Program-made: the position numbers and the translations under genes | Shown here: positions 19,407-28,411 of the stretch, one piece after another | Position numbering within the stretch: the stretch's first letter is position 1 | Layout: each line of letters begins with the position of its first letter | The notes under the pieces: model-generated | What the model was told of the DNA's origin: nothing | The model's database searches: none | Seen by the model: only the letters and a program-made list of their open reading frames with translations | DNA from: a virus | Virus record (IMG/VR): IMGVR_UViG_3300022858_000345 | Location: 1 to 64,000 of that record | DNA length: 64,000 nt | Reading direction: 5' to 3' (one strand)

Positions 19407-20243
19407 ATGGGAAAGTATATAGTGACCGAAGGGCATAAACAAAAAATAGCAAAAGCTAGAAAAGGGTTTATACCTTCTAAAGAGCATAGGGAAAAGCTGT
19501 CTAAGGCTAGTTTAGGTAAGAAAAAGACTCTGGAACATTGTAAAAATATTAGTAAAGCTCATTTAGGGCAGAAAGCCTGGAATAAAGGAGTTCCTATGAC
19601 AGTGAAAGCTAAAGAGAAATTATCTAAAAGTTTAAGTGGAAAGATTCCTTGGAATAAAGGTAAAAGAATGTCTAAGGAATATAGAAAGAAGTTGAGTGAT
19701 AGTCATAAAGGTTATAAGGTTTCTGAAGAAACTAAGAAAAAAATATCTAAAGCGCATAAAGGAAAAAAAATATCTGAGGAGCAGAAAGAGAAAATAAGTA
19801 AAACTTTGACAGGCAGAAAAAGAACTAAAGAAGAACGAAAAAATATTAGTTTGGGGTTGAAAGGTAGAAAAGCTTGGAATAAAGGAATACCTGTATCGGA
19901 AGAACAGAGGATACAACTATCCCTAGCAAATAAGGGTAAAAAATTATCTACAGAACAAAGATTAAAAAGACTTAAAACTTGCCCTAAAGGGGCAGATGTT
20001 TGGAATTGGAAAGGTGGAGTAACTTCAGAAAATGCTAGAATTAGGGGAAGCTTAAAAATGAGATTATGGAGAGAAGCAGTATTTAAGAGAGACGACTATA
20101 CTTGTCAAGAGTGCGGTAAAAGAGGGGTTTATTTAGAAGCACACCATATTAAAAAGTTTTCTACGCATCAAGAGTTAATGTTTGAAGTTAGTAATGGAGT
20201 TACATTATGTAAGGAGTGTCACAAAATAGAGACATTTAAGTAA
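19407..20243 (+). CDS. NUMOD3-HNH homing endonuclease
   Basis: many NUMOD3/WNKG repeats; RDDYTCQEC..HHI..NGVTLCKECH; promoter TTGATT-N16-TATAAT at 19348-19375. Confidence 0.9.
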   Translation: MGKYIVTEGHKQKIAKARKGFIPSKEHREKLSKASLGKKKTLEHCKNISKAHLGQKAWNKGVPMTVKAKEKLSKSLSGKIPWNKGKRMSKEYRKKLSDSHKGYKVSEETKKKISKAHKGKKISEEQKEKISKTLTGRKRTKEERKNISLGLKGRKAWNKGIPVSEEQRIQLSLANKGKKLSTEQRLKRLKTCPKGADVWNWKGGVTSENARIRGSLKMRLWREAVFKRDDYTCQECGKRGVYLEAHHIKKFSTHQELMFEVSNGVTLCKECHKIETFK

Positions 20244-20264
20244 TAAATTTTAACCAAAAACACT

Positions 20265-20426
20265 ATGATTCGTATGTCATTAAATGAAGAAGACTTTAAT
20301 ACTTTAATCACAGGAGGGGAAGTAGTTAAAGAAGGAGTTACACTAATATTAAAAGATATTGGGTATGCAACTATGTGTGAAAAGCTAAAAAAAGCTATGG
20401 TAAAAGACGGATTTATTAAACAATAA
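20265..20426 (+). CDS. small hypothetical protein
   Basis: MIRMSLNEEDF..., AACCAAAAA leader. Confidence 0.5.
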   Translation: MIRMSLNEEDFNTLITGGEVVKEGVTLILKDIGYATMCEKLKKAMVKDGFIKQ

Positions 20427-20440
20427 AATTATAATAACAC

Positions 20441-20764
20441 AAGTGTAAAAACTTGAAAAAGTTAAAAAAGTATATTATAATGTAAATGTTAAATAATTAA
20501 ATAACTAACAAAAAATGAATTTAGTTTTTTACGCCACAGTAATACAGTTAATCGTAATTATTTGGTATTTATCTACTAGGACTGAATATGATTTAGTTAT
20601 ATTAGTGGGTAATTTTTTTACTACAATATTATTAATATTTGTACTTATTTCACAATCTTAACTATACAATATTTTTATAAAAATGCAAGTTTAAATACTT
20701 GAAAAAGTTGAAAAAGTATATTATAATGTATATGTTAGATAAATAAATAACCCACAAAAAAATG
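20441..20764 (+). repeat. two near-identical ~75-bp promoter-leader cassettes
   Basis: both have TTGAAA-N17-TATAAT (20453-20481, 20699-20727) and similar leaders up to ATG. Confidence 0.8.
20515..20661 (+). CDS. 48-aa membrane peptide
   Basis: two hydrophobic stretches; follows promoter cassette 1. Confidence 0.5.
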   Translation: MNLVFYATVIQLIVIIWYLSTRTEYDLVILVGNFFTTILLIFVLISQS

Positions 20765-20896
20765 CCTAAAGAAGTAAATAAAAATAAATTTAAAGAGTTA
20801 GTAGATGAGACTTTGGAAGCACAAATGGATGCTCTAAGAGATGATGAAGGATTTGTGCAAAGTTTACCAGATGCTATTGTTAGTATTTTAAAATAA
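20762..20896 (+). CDS. 44-aa hypothetical protein
   Basis: follows promoter cassette 2. Confidence 0.5.
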   Translation: MPKEVNKNKFKELVDETLEAQMDALRDDEGFVQSLPDAIVSILK

Positions 20897-20914
20897 TTTA
20901 TAACCAACAAAAAA

Positions 20915-21253
20915 ATGAATCATTTACAAACAAATGAAGTAGGAAAGGAGTTCGGAGAGCTAGTAGATAATACTATTGCTCTACAAAAACAAATTAAAAA
21001 ATTAGAGAATGGAAAACTAGCGGAGTTGAAAAAGGAAATTGGAGGGCATAAAGAAGAATTAAGAAAAGAAATGGATAGAAGAGGTATAAATAAATTAGAT
21101 GGAGGTAAAGGTAATGTTTTATTAATAGATAGAAAAGGGTCTATAGTAGTAGATTTTGATGATATTATGAAAGATTTAGGAGTATCTGATTTGAAAAAAT
21201 ACCAGACTCAAAAAGAAGGATCACAATTCATTAAAGTAACAGCTAATGTCTAA
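20915..21253 (+). CDS. hypothetical coiled-coil protein
   Basis: ORF overlapping the polymerase start. Confidence 0.6.
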   Translation: MNHLQTNEVGKEFGELVDNTIALQKQIKKLENGKLAELKKEIGGHKEELRKEMDRRGINKLDGGKGNVLLIDRKGSIVVDFDDIMKDLGVSDLKKYQTQKEGSQFIKVTANV

Positions 21254-24200
21254 GTTCATTGTAAAAAATAAGGAGGAGTATAAAAAGATTATAGATAAAA
21301 TTTTAGTTTCATCTTCTGAATATGTGGCTTTAGATACAGAGACAGAAGAATTTGATAAGGAGAAGACGCACGCATTTGATTTAGGGTTGTATGGAATAGG
21401 GTTATATGGGAAGGACTTTAAGATTTTTATTCCTGCTAAATTTGTAAAGAAAGACTTTCAGAAGGTTTTAGATAAATTTATTTTTATTTTTCATAACGCA
21501 AAATTTGATTTATTAATTTTAGAAAAGCACGGGTTTAATATAGATAAGTTAAAATATCACGATACTTTAATAATGAGTTGGTTACTAAATGAAAATAGAC
21601 GCTCACATAAATTAAAAGATTTAGCTCATTCGGTTTTAAGAGTTAAAGAAGAAAAGATTATTAAATATGGGGATGTTATTAAAAAGCCTATATTAGAGGA
21701 GTATGGTATGTTTCCTGAGGAATTTAGAATGGATTTGGCTAGGTGGATGATAAAGTTAGGGCTTTATTGTATAGATGATTGTACTTATACATATAAGTTA
21801 TTTTTTAAATTTAAACCTAAACTTGAAGAACAAAGTATATGGAGTATTTATGAAAGATTAGAATTAGAAACAGTAAAAGTTTTAATGTATATGGAATTGA
21901 GAGGAATAAAAGTAAATTGTAAGTATTTGGAAAAATTAGGAAAGAAAATTGAAACTGAGCTAATTCAGATTCAGGCAGATATTTGGAAAGGAGCGGGAAA
22001 AGAGTTTGATATAAATAGCCCAAAACAACTATCTCAGGTTTTATTTACTGAAAAAGGTTTTAAGTTAACAGATGATTATAGAACACCAACGGGGGCTTAT
22101 TCTACTAATGAAGCGGCTTTGAAGTATTTAAAAGAGGCGTACCCTAAAGATGAAGTGTTAGGGGGTATTTTAAAATATCGGGAATTATTTAAGCTACACA
22201 GTGCTTTTATTGTAGGGCTTTTAAGCAAACAAAGAGATGGAGTTATACATACTTCATTTAAACAACATGGAACAGTCACAGGTAGGCTTTCATGTGTAGC
22301 TAAAGATACTCCTATTTTAATATTAGAGGGGCATGTGCCTATTTCAAAAATAGACTTGCATAATAAGAACCACCAATATACAATAGGTAGCGGAGGGGAG
22401 TTAAGAAAGATAAAGAATTTAATATTTAATGGGTATGGAAAATTGTATGATGTTAAAACAGGAGATTCAAAGCTTAGATGTTCAGGAGACCACAGATTGT
22501 GGACAAGTTCTGGGTGGCGGAAAGCTGAAGATTTGCGAGAGGGAGATAAAGTATTCTTTAATAGAAGCTCCTTTAAAGTTCAAGGATTTGGGGTTGGGGA
22601 GAATAATATTAGACGAAAACAGTTTTGTGCTTTTAAGAATAAAGGAGAAGTTGACTCATCAAAAGATACGTCAGCTATCAAACAATGTTATAAAAAGAAG
22701 GTGGATACTTTTATCTCAAAAAGTTTATTTAAAAAAATACGGGAAAGATTTAAAAAAGATTCACAAGATAAATCTAAGTCTTGCGGCGTTGGGAAACAAA
22801 AATGGAAAGGGGAAAGGGAAAGTTTCTTTAGACGCAAAACAACTATTAGAGAAAGTTCAGATGGGAAAAAGTATAGGGAGGATAGCAAAAGAGATGCATT
22901 CTACAGAATTTATAGTGAAGTCAAATCTTATGTTGTTAGGTATGCCATTAAGGTATGCAAAAACCCCAAAGCAAGTAGGCACTTGGAGCAAAGAAGATGT
23001 CAGGTTGGTAGAGAAAATTTTTCCAGAGTTTTTAGAAATAGCAAAGAAATTCAAGAAGAACCCCGCGGAATTTTTAGACTTAGTATATGGAAAAGTGTTA
23101 GATACTTACAAAATTTTATGGTTATTAAAAAAATTGGGGGGTTTGCATGGGCATTATATGGAAACTGGGGCTATAGAGAAATCTCATATATGTTGGGGAA
23201 CGAACAGTTCAGCCAATACTTTATTAGCGAGGGAGTTAAGAATGCAGAGTATAAAGCACATGAGAGAATTCCCTATTGGAAAAAATTATTCTGTAGATTT
23301 TTATTTCCCGATTTCAAATTTAATGGTGGAATTAGATGGAAAACACCACGAAACAGATATAAAAACTTTAGAGAGGGACAAAGAGAAAGAGAAAATTATA
23401 AAAAAGATGGGGATTCGGTTAAAGAGATTTATGTCTACGGAGGGGAAAAACCCAAAATTGCTGTTAAAGAAAATCAAGAAGTTACTATAGATAGCATTGA
23501 ATATATAGGTAGAGGGGAATTATGGGACTTAACAGTAGATGGAGATTCTTCATATATTACAGAAGGGCTAATTAGTCATAATTGTAGTGCTCCTAACTTA
23601 CAACAGTTACCTAGAAGGGATGATGAGTATGATATTAGAAAGGCTTTTATACCTAGAGAAGGGTATACATTTGTTATTTCAGACTTATCTCAAATAGAAT
23701 TAAGGATAGCAGCTTCTATCAGTCAAGACCCTACTATGCTTAAGATATTTAATGAAGGTGGAGATATACATGGGGAGACCGCTAAACTGCTCGATTGTGA
23801 AAGAGTAATAGCTAAACAAATTAATTTTGGAATTTTATACGGCACCGCTGCTTTTGGAATGTCAAAAGGTTTAGAAGCCAAAGGAGTGAAGCTAGATGTT
23901 AAAGAAGCAGAGAAGTTTATTAATAGATATTTCTCTAAGTTTAAAAAATTAGAGATACTTATAGAGCAAGCTAAAAATACTTTGAGAAAAAAATACGCAA
24001 TTACTACTGTTTTTAATAGAAAAAGAAGATTCCCAAAATATGCAGAAGCCAGAAAAAATAGAGATTGGAAGTTAGTAGCTCACTGTGAAAGGCAAGCTAT
24101 AAATTCTATTATTCAGGGAAGTGCTGCTGATATTATTAAAGTTCAAATGAGAAATTTAAGTAGGGAGTTACCTAAATATGGAGCGTATCTTTTAGTTCAG

Positions 24201-24347
24201 GTGCACGATGAAGTAATTTGTGAAGTTCCTAAGGAAAAAGCTGAGGAAGTTTTAAAGATTGTAGTAGATATTATGGAAAATTCTTATCATCTTAAAGGGG
24301 TTCCAATAGTGGCTAATGGATTTATTAGTGAGGTATGGAAGAAGTAG
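21246..24347 (+). CDS. polA: family A DNA polymerase with 3'-5' exonuclease, containing an intein
   Basis: ALDTET, HNAKFD, YCIDD exonuclease; TGRLS|CSAPNLQ; DLSQIELR; R..AK.INFGILYG; QVHDE. Confidence 0.95.
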   Translation: MSKFIVKNKEEYKKIIDKILVSSSEYVALDTETEEFDKEKTHAFDLGLYGIGLYGKDFKIFIPAKFVKKDFQKVLDKFIFIFHNAKFDLLILEKHGFNIDKLKYHDTLIMSWLLNENRRSHKLKDLAHSVLRVKEEKIIKYGDVIKKPILEEYGMFPEEFRMDLARWMIKLGLYCIDDCTYTYKLFFKFKPKLEEQSIWSIYERLELETVKVLMYMELRGIKVNCKYLEKLGKKIETELIQIQADIWKGAGKEFDINSPKQLSQVLFTEKGFKLTDDYRTPTGAYSTNEAALKYLKEAYPKDEVLGGILKYRELFKLHSAFIVGLLSKQRDGVIHTSFKQHGTVTGRLSCVAKDTPILILEGHVPISKIDLHNKNHQYTIGSGGELRKIKNLIFNGYGKLYDVKTGDSKLRCSGDHRLWTSSGWRKAEDLREGDKVFFNRSSFKVQGFGVGENNIRRKQFCAFKNKGEVDSSKDTSAIKQCYKKKVDTFISKSLFKKIRERFKKDSQDKSKSCGVGKQKWKGERESFFRRKTTIRESSDGKKYREDSKRDAFYRIYSEVKSYVVRYAIKVCKNPKASRHLEQRRCQVGRENFSRVFRNSKEIQEEPRGIFRLSIWKSVRYLQNFMVIKKIGGFAWALYGNWGYREISYMLGNEQFSQYFISEGVKNAEYKAHERIPYWKKLFCRFLFPDFKFNGGIRWKTPRNRYKNFREGQRERENYKKDGDSVKEIYVYGGEKPKIAVKENQEVTIDSIEYIGRGELWDLTVDGDSSYITEGLISHNCSAPNLQQLPRRDDEYDIRKAFIPREGYTFVISDLSQIELRIAASISQDPTMLKIFNEGGDIHGETAKLLDCERVIAKQINFGILYGTAAFGMSKGLEAKGVKLDVKEAEKFINRYFSKFKKLEILIEQAKNTLRKKYAITTVFNRKRRFPKYAEARKNRDWKLVAHCERQAINSIIQGSAADIIKVQMRNLSRELPKYGAYLLVQVHDEVICEVPKEKAEEVLKIVVDIMENSYHLKGVPIVANGFISEVWKK
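22356..22384 (+). promoter_or_regulatory. internal promoter for the nested endonuclease
   Basis: TTGCAT-N17-TACAAT within intein coding DNA, upstream of ATG 22429. Confidence 0.65.
22429..23490 (+). CDS. nested +1-frame DUF559/Vsr-like endonuclease inside the polymerase intein
   Basis: HTH-like middle; C-terminal REFPIGKNYSVDFYFP..NLMVELDGKHH...RD.EKE..IKKMGIRLKRF; exact start uncertain. Confidence 0.85.
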   Translation: MGMENCMMLKQEIQSLDVQETTDCGQVLGGGKLKICEREIKYSLIEAPLKFKDLGLGRIILDENSFVLLRIKEKLTHQKIRQLSNNVIKRRWILLSQKVYLKKYGKDLKKIHKINLSLAALGNKNGKGKGKVSLDAKQLLEKVQMGKSIGRIAKEMHSTEFIVKSNLMLLGMPLRYAKTPKQVGTWSKEDVRLVEKIFPEFLEIAKKFKKNPAEFLDLVYGKVLDTYKILWLLKKLGGLHGHYMETGAIEKSHICWGTNSSANTLLARELRMQSIKHMREFPIGKNYSVDFYFPISNLMVELDGKHHETDIKTLERDKEKEKIIKKMGIRLKRFMSTEGKNPKLLLKKIKKLL

Positions 24348-24399
24348 CTTGTTTTTGAGAGAAGTTTAATTTATAATAAGGTTATAGTAAAAAAATAGT

Positions 24400-25002
24400 A
24401 TGTCTAGAAAGTTATCAGAGCAACATAAGAAAAATATATCTAAAGGATTAAAAAAAGCTTATTCAAAGGATAGGGTTGGTTATTGGAAAGGTAAAAGTAG
24501 AAAAGGAATTATTACAGAAGAAGGTAAGAAAAGTATTAGTGATGCTAGAAAAGGTAAAAAACTTTCAAAGGAGCACAAAAAGAAATTAAGTGATAGCCAT
24601 AAAGGTAACGCTGGCTACTGGACAGGTAAGAAAGGGCCTAAAAGAACATCAGATACTAGAAGAAAGATGAGCGAGGCTCATAAGAAACACCCAGAAAGAC
24701 ATTGGGCATGGAAAGGCGGAGTTACAGAGGGTAATAATAAAATTAGACATTCTTTAGATAACAGGTTATGGAGAGAAGCAGTATTTAAAAGGGATGATTA
24801 TACTTGTCAGAAGTGTTGTAAGAGAGGAGAAAAAATAGTATCTCACCACATATTAAATTTTGCAGAGCACCCTGAACTAAGATTTGAGATAAGCAACGGA
24901 GTAACTCTATGTAAGGAATGCCATATTTTATTTCATGCTGTTTATAGAAAGAAAGGGAATTGTGAAAAGCAATTAAAAGAATTCAGATACACGATGAAGT
25001 AA
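24400..25002 (+). CDS. NUMOD3-HNH homing endonuclease
   Basis: NUMOD3 repeats; RDDYTCQKC..HHI..NGVTLCKECH; promoter TTGTTT-N17-TATAAT at 24349-24377. Confidence 0.9.
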   Translation: MSRKLSEQHKKNISKGLKKAYSKDRVGYWKGKSRKGIITEEGKKSISDARKGKKLSKEHKKKLSDSHKGNAGYWTGKKGPKRTSDTRRKMSEAHKKHPERHWAWKGGVTEGNNKIRHSLDNRLWREAVFKRDDYTCQKCCKRGEKIVSHHILNFAEHPELRFEISNGVTLCKECHILFHAVYRKKGNCEKQLKEFRYTMK

Positions 25003-25133
25003 TAGTTGAAGTACCTAAGAAAAAAGCAGAAGAAGTTATGAAGGTTGTAAAAGATATTATGGAAAATGCTTACCATTTAAAAGGAGTACCTATAATAGCT
25101 GATCCTTTTATTTCAAATTGCTGGAAAAAATAA
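24981..25133 (+). pseudogene. second, displaced copy of the polymerase 3' end
   Basis: translates IQIHDEVIVEVPKKKAEEVMKVVKDIMENAYHLKGVPIIADPFISNCWKK*, colinear with polA 24195-24347. Confidence 0.9.
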
Positions 25134-25148
25134 TATAACAATAAAAAT

Positions 25149-26006
25149 ATGAAAAAGATTAATGAGGAAGGAGCTAAAAAATTAATACAGTATGGCTCTA
25201 AAGATGTAAAACATTTAGCTATTAAACAAATTAAGGATAAGAAAGGTGTATATAGAAAGCAGAAAGATACTTACTCTGATAAAATTATAGACTATCCAGA
25301 TAGCCCTACAGGAAAAGCCTACATTGGTATTAATAAGTTGCCATTAATGCCTAATGATAATGGTATTGGGTTTAAAGGAGTAGTTCTACAGGATGATGAT
25401 AGACGATTTATTCAGTGTTGTGGTTGTGGTAAATGGGCTAAAAAAATTGTCTCTAGTCATATACAAACGTGTTTAGGTATAAGTACTTTTGAATATAAAG
25501 AGAGATTTGAATTAAATAGAACACAAGGATTAGTTAGTGACGAGACTTCTTTAAATTGTACTCAAGCAGCATTAAAAAACAAAAAGTCTGGTGAAAGAAT
25601 GAAAAAATATAATAAGGAGTATAGAGAGAAACATGGTCATCATCCGCATTATGTTAAAAATGGTATTAAGTATAGGATACAGAGATTCAATGAGACTAAT
25701 AATGGTAATTGTCCTGAGCAATTAAAAACCAGGTTATATGAATTTATCAGGTGTAATAGAGAGCTACCTAATTCTCATAATAGAGTGTCTTCTATTTATA
25801 AAGCTTTATATAAGAGATTTGGTAGTTTAGGCAAAGCTTTTAAACATATGGGATTACCCGAGTTTATAAGAGTTGGAACTAATTATCATTTAATTTTTGA
25901 AGACGGTACTAATTATAAATTTAATATTAATAAATTTGGAGAAAGAGAAGAAATGTATAAGGTGTTGATGAGTAGATGCTCTGTTTTAAAAAATTCCCAA
26001 ACCTAA
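25149..26006 (+). CDS. Zn-finger (Ros/MucR-like) DNA-binding protein
   Basis: IQCCGCGKW...HI..C.GIS..EYKERFEL; C-terminal YKRFGSLGKAFKHMGL resembling an endonuclease-associated repeat. Confidence 0.5.
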   Translation: MKKINEEGAKKLIQYGSKDVKHLAIKQIKDKKGVYRKQKDTYSDKIIDYPDSPTGKAYIGINKLPLMPNDNGIGFKGVVLQDDDRRFIQCCGCGKWAKKIVSSHIQTCLGISTFEYKERFELNRTQGLVSDETSLNCTQAALKNKKSGERMKKYNKEYREKHGHHPHYVKNGIKYRIQRFNETNNGNCPEQLKTRLYEFIRCNRELPNSHNRVSSIYKALYKRFGSLGKAFKHMGLPEFIRVGTNYHLIFEDGTNYKFNINKFGEREEMYKVLMSRCSVLKNSQT

Positions 26007-26011
26007 TAATT

Positions 26012-26506
26012 ATGAAAAAAATTAAACTTACAAAAGGAAAGTATGCAGTAGTAGATGATGAAGATTATCTTTATTTGAATAGATTTAAGTGGTACGCACA
26101 TAAAGTTAATACGCTTTTTTTTGCTTATAGAGCTTTTACGGGATTAAAGGGGAAAAAGGCGTTTTTAAAGATGGAAAATTTTATTGTTTATTGTCCAGTG
26201 CAAAAAGGTATAGCACATTGTAATAGAGACAATTTAGATTGCAGAAAAAGTAATTTAAAAATAGTTTCTTGGTCTGATACTAGGCATAAAAAAACTAGGG
26301 TATCTTGTAAAAATAGGACTTCAAAATACCAAGGAGTTAGTTTTAATAATAGAATGAAAAATAATAAATGGAGAGTACAAATTCAAAAGAATTATAAACA
26401 GTATAATTTAGGGTATTATAAAACAGAAAATAAAGCTGCTTTAGCATATAATGAAAAGGCTAAAGAGTTGTACGGAAATTTTGCTTGTTTAAATAAAGTG
26501 ACTTAA
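26012..26506 (+). CDS. HNH-AP2 homing endonuclease
   Basis: IKLTKGKYAVVDDED N-terminus; H.NRDNLDCRKSNL; SKYQGV..KWRVQI..LGYY..E..AALAYN AP2 domain. Confidence 0.85.
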   Translation: MKKIKLTKGKYAVVDDEDYLYLNRFKWYAHKVNTLFFAYRAFTGLKGKKAFLKMENFIVYCPVQKGIAHCNRDNLDCRKSNLKIVSWSDTRHKKTRVSCKNRTSKYQGVSFNNRMKNNKWRVQIQKNYKQYNLGYYKTENKAALAYNEKAKELYGNFACLNKVT

Positions 26507-26521
26507 AAAATTTTTAGGTTT
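26501..26521. repeat. dispersed palindromic motif, copy 2
   Basis: identical to 8499-8519. Confidence 0.75.
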
Positions 26522-26603
26522 GATTTTCTTCGAGAGAGGTGTATCTTGTAAATGAGGTTTCTTGGGGTGTTTGCAATTTAAAGCAATACCTAACCATTTT
26601 TAT

Positions 26604-27350
26604 ATGGAAAAAATAAAGAAACCGACACAAATCTGCGAAATATACCCTACATTAAATAGTGGGGGACATTTTTTTGGGCATCCTATTATGCTTATAAGGC
26701 TATTTGGAGTTAATTTTAGCGACAAGAATGACTTATATAAGTATACTTGGCAGTTCGGGCAGCAACGGAAGGATTTAGAGATTAATAGAATGCTGATGTC
26801 TAGTGAAGAAATTATCAGTAAAATAAATAGTTTTAAGAAAGGAGATATTTTTAAATGGTGTATTACAGGAGGAGAGCCTTTAAGACAGCAAGAGCAGTTA
26901 ATAGATTTAATAGAGAAGTTTATAGAGTCTCATGGAAAACCTCCAAAGATTGAAATTAGAACAAGAGGACATATAGCTCCTGTAAAAGAATTGGATAAAT
27001 ATGTAACTAAATATATAGTAAGCGTTCCTCTATCAAATAGCATGGATGGAGTAGCAAGAGAAACTTTTTCGCATAGAATTAAAGAAGATATTTTAAAAGA
27101 ATTTATTGGTAATAAGAAAGCTTTATTTTTATTTGAGATGAAGCATGATAATGATTTAAAAGAAATAAGAGAGCTACAGCAAATGTTTAATATTTCTGAC
27201 AATAGAATTTGGGTATCGCCTTTAGAGACTAAATTAGGAGCGATGAAAGTAAATGAAGTTTGTGCGTGGAAAGCTTGTTTAAATTTTGGATATAAATATT
27301 TTAATAGATTGTCAGTACAAATATTTGGACCTAATAAAAGAAATGTATAA
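26604..27350 (+). CDS. QueE-like protein lacking the radical-SAM CxxxCxxC motif
   Basis: EIY.TL...G...G.P...IRLFG, YTW, ITGGEPL.QQ, RLSVQIFG; no Cys triad. Confidence 0.7.
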   Translation: MEKIKKPTQICEIYPTLNSGGHFFGHPIMLIRLFGVNFSDKNDLYKYTWQFGQQRKDLEINRMLMSSEEIISKINSFKKGDIFKWCITGGEPLRQQEQLIDLIEKFIESHGKPPKIEIRTRGHIAPVKELDKYVTKYIVSVPLSNSMDGVARETFSHRIKEDILKEFIGNKKALFLFEMKHDNDLKEIRELQQMFNISDNRIWVSPLETKLGAMKVNEVCAWKACLNFGYKYFNRLSVQIFGPNKRNV

Positions 27351-27366
27351 TTTAACCCATTAAAAT

Positions 27367-27948
27367 ATGGATTTAAAAGCAGCACCAATTAAAAAAGTAA
27401 TTTTTGCGGAAGGGGCTTCGGCGGGTATTCCTTGTATTTTGCTAGATTGTTTAAGTAAAGAAGCTAAAACTAGGGATGTAAATGAAGTTATTTCAGAACT
27501 TTTAACTATTTCTAAAATTAAAACAGTTTTAGTTAAAGGTAAAATAAGTGAACAAACTGAGATCAAGACAGTTTTAAGTGGTTTATCAGCTAGAGGTAAA
27601 TCTCTTATTTTTATAACACCAGCTTCAGAAGATATTTCTGTTGTAAGAATGGTAAGGAATTTAGCAATTACTTTAGTAGCAAAACCTCCAACAAAAGATG
27701 AAAATAATATAAAACAAAGTAATTTTGGGTATTTAATGGAAACAGACACAGTAAAATTTAATATTAAAAGCTTAGAAGATTATGAGAAAGCTAAAGATTT
27801 TATACTTATAAAGAAGTTGAAAATTCCAAGTATTGATTTTAGTATTAATAACTGTAAAGATTTTGTAGAGGTATTAACTAAATATTTAGAAGATTGTGAG
27901 CAATTTCTTTTTAAGACAAGAATTACTAAAATATTAACTGATGAGTAA
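27367..27948 (+). CDS. hypothetical protein, possibly a highly diverged QueE-like fold
   Basis: IFAEG...GIPCILL N-terminus and VKF.I....DYE.A resemble QueE segments. Confidence 0.4.
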   Translation: MDLKAAPIKKVIFAEGASAGIPCILLDCLSKEAKTRDVNEVISELLTISKIKTVLVKGKISEQTEIKTVLSGLSARGKSLIFITPASEDISVVRMVRNLAITLVAKPPTKDENNIKQSNFGYLMETDTVKFNIKSLEDYEKAKDFILIKKLKIPSIDFSINNCKDFVEVLTKYLEDCEQFLFKTRITKILTDE

Positions 27949-28411
27949 AAAAATTATTTTAACTTGGAAAGATATTGAAAGGGATATTCGTAAATTAGCT
28001 AAAGAATTACGAAAGCATAATAATTTTACTAAGATTGTAGCTGTTGCTAGAGGAGGTCTAATACCTGCTTATTTATTAGCAAGAGCTTTGGGCATTAAAT
28101 ATATAGAAGTTATATGTATGAGCCATTACAATGATACAGAGATGAAGAGTAAAGTTAGTGTGATGCCTATGAGTAGGAAAGTTGATATTAGAAAAAATTG
28201 GTTAATAATAGACGATTTAGTGGATACAGGAGAAACTGCGTTATTGGCGCAAAAGTATTACCCAGAATCAAAATTAGCAGTTTTATATAAAAAACCTACT
28301 TCAAAAGTTACTCCTGATTTTTATCTTAAAGAGGTAGAAGGATGGGTAGTTTTTCCTTGGGAGAATATGATTTTTGATGATTATAAATTAAAGCACTTAA
28401 CTAATGAATAA
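27941..28411 (+). CDS. gpt: purine (xanthine-guanine-type) phosphoribosyltransferase
   Basis: LTW.DI, VAVARGGLIPA, LIIDDLVDTGET PRPP loop, WVVFPWE. Confidence 0.85.
   Translation: MSKKIILTWKDIERDIRKLAKELRKHNNFTKIVAVARGGLIPAYLLARALGIKYIEVICMSHYNDTEMKSKVSVMPMSRKVDIRKNWLIIDDLVDTGETALLAQKYYPESKLAVLYKKPTSKVTPDFYLKEVEGWVVFPWENMIFDDYKLKHLTNE

Larger units (their letters stand above)
22293..23582 (+). mobile_element. intein (430 aa) in DNA polymerase
   Basis: block A CVAKDTPI, block B CSGDHRLW, blocks F/G LWDLTVDGDSSYITEGLISHN, +1 residue Cys. Confidence 0.95.

Noticed and set aside
26930-27749. 152-aa and 129-aa minus-strand ORFs
   Set aside because: No motifs or promoter seen, unlike the antisense gene in the MuF intein
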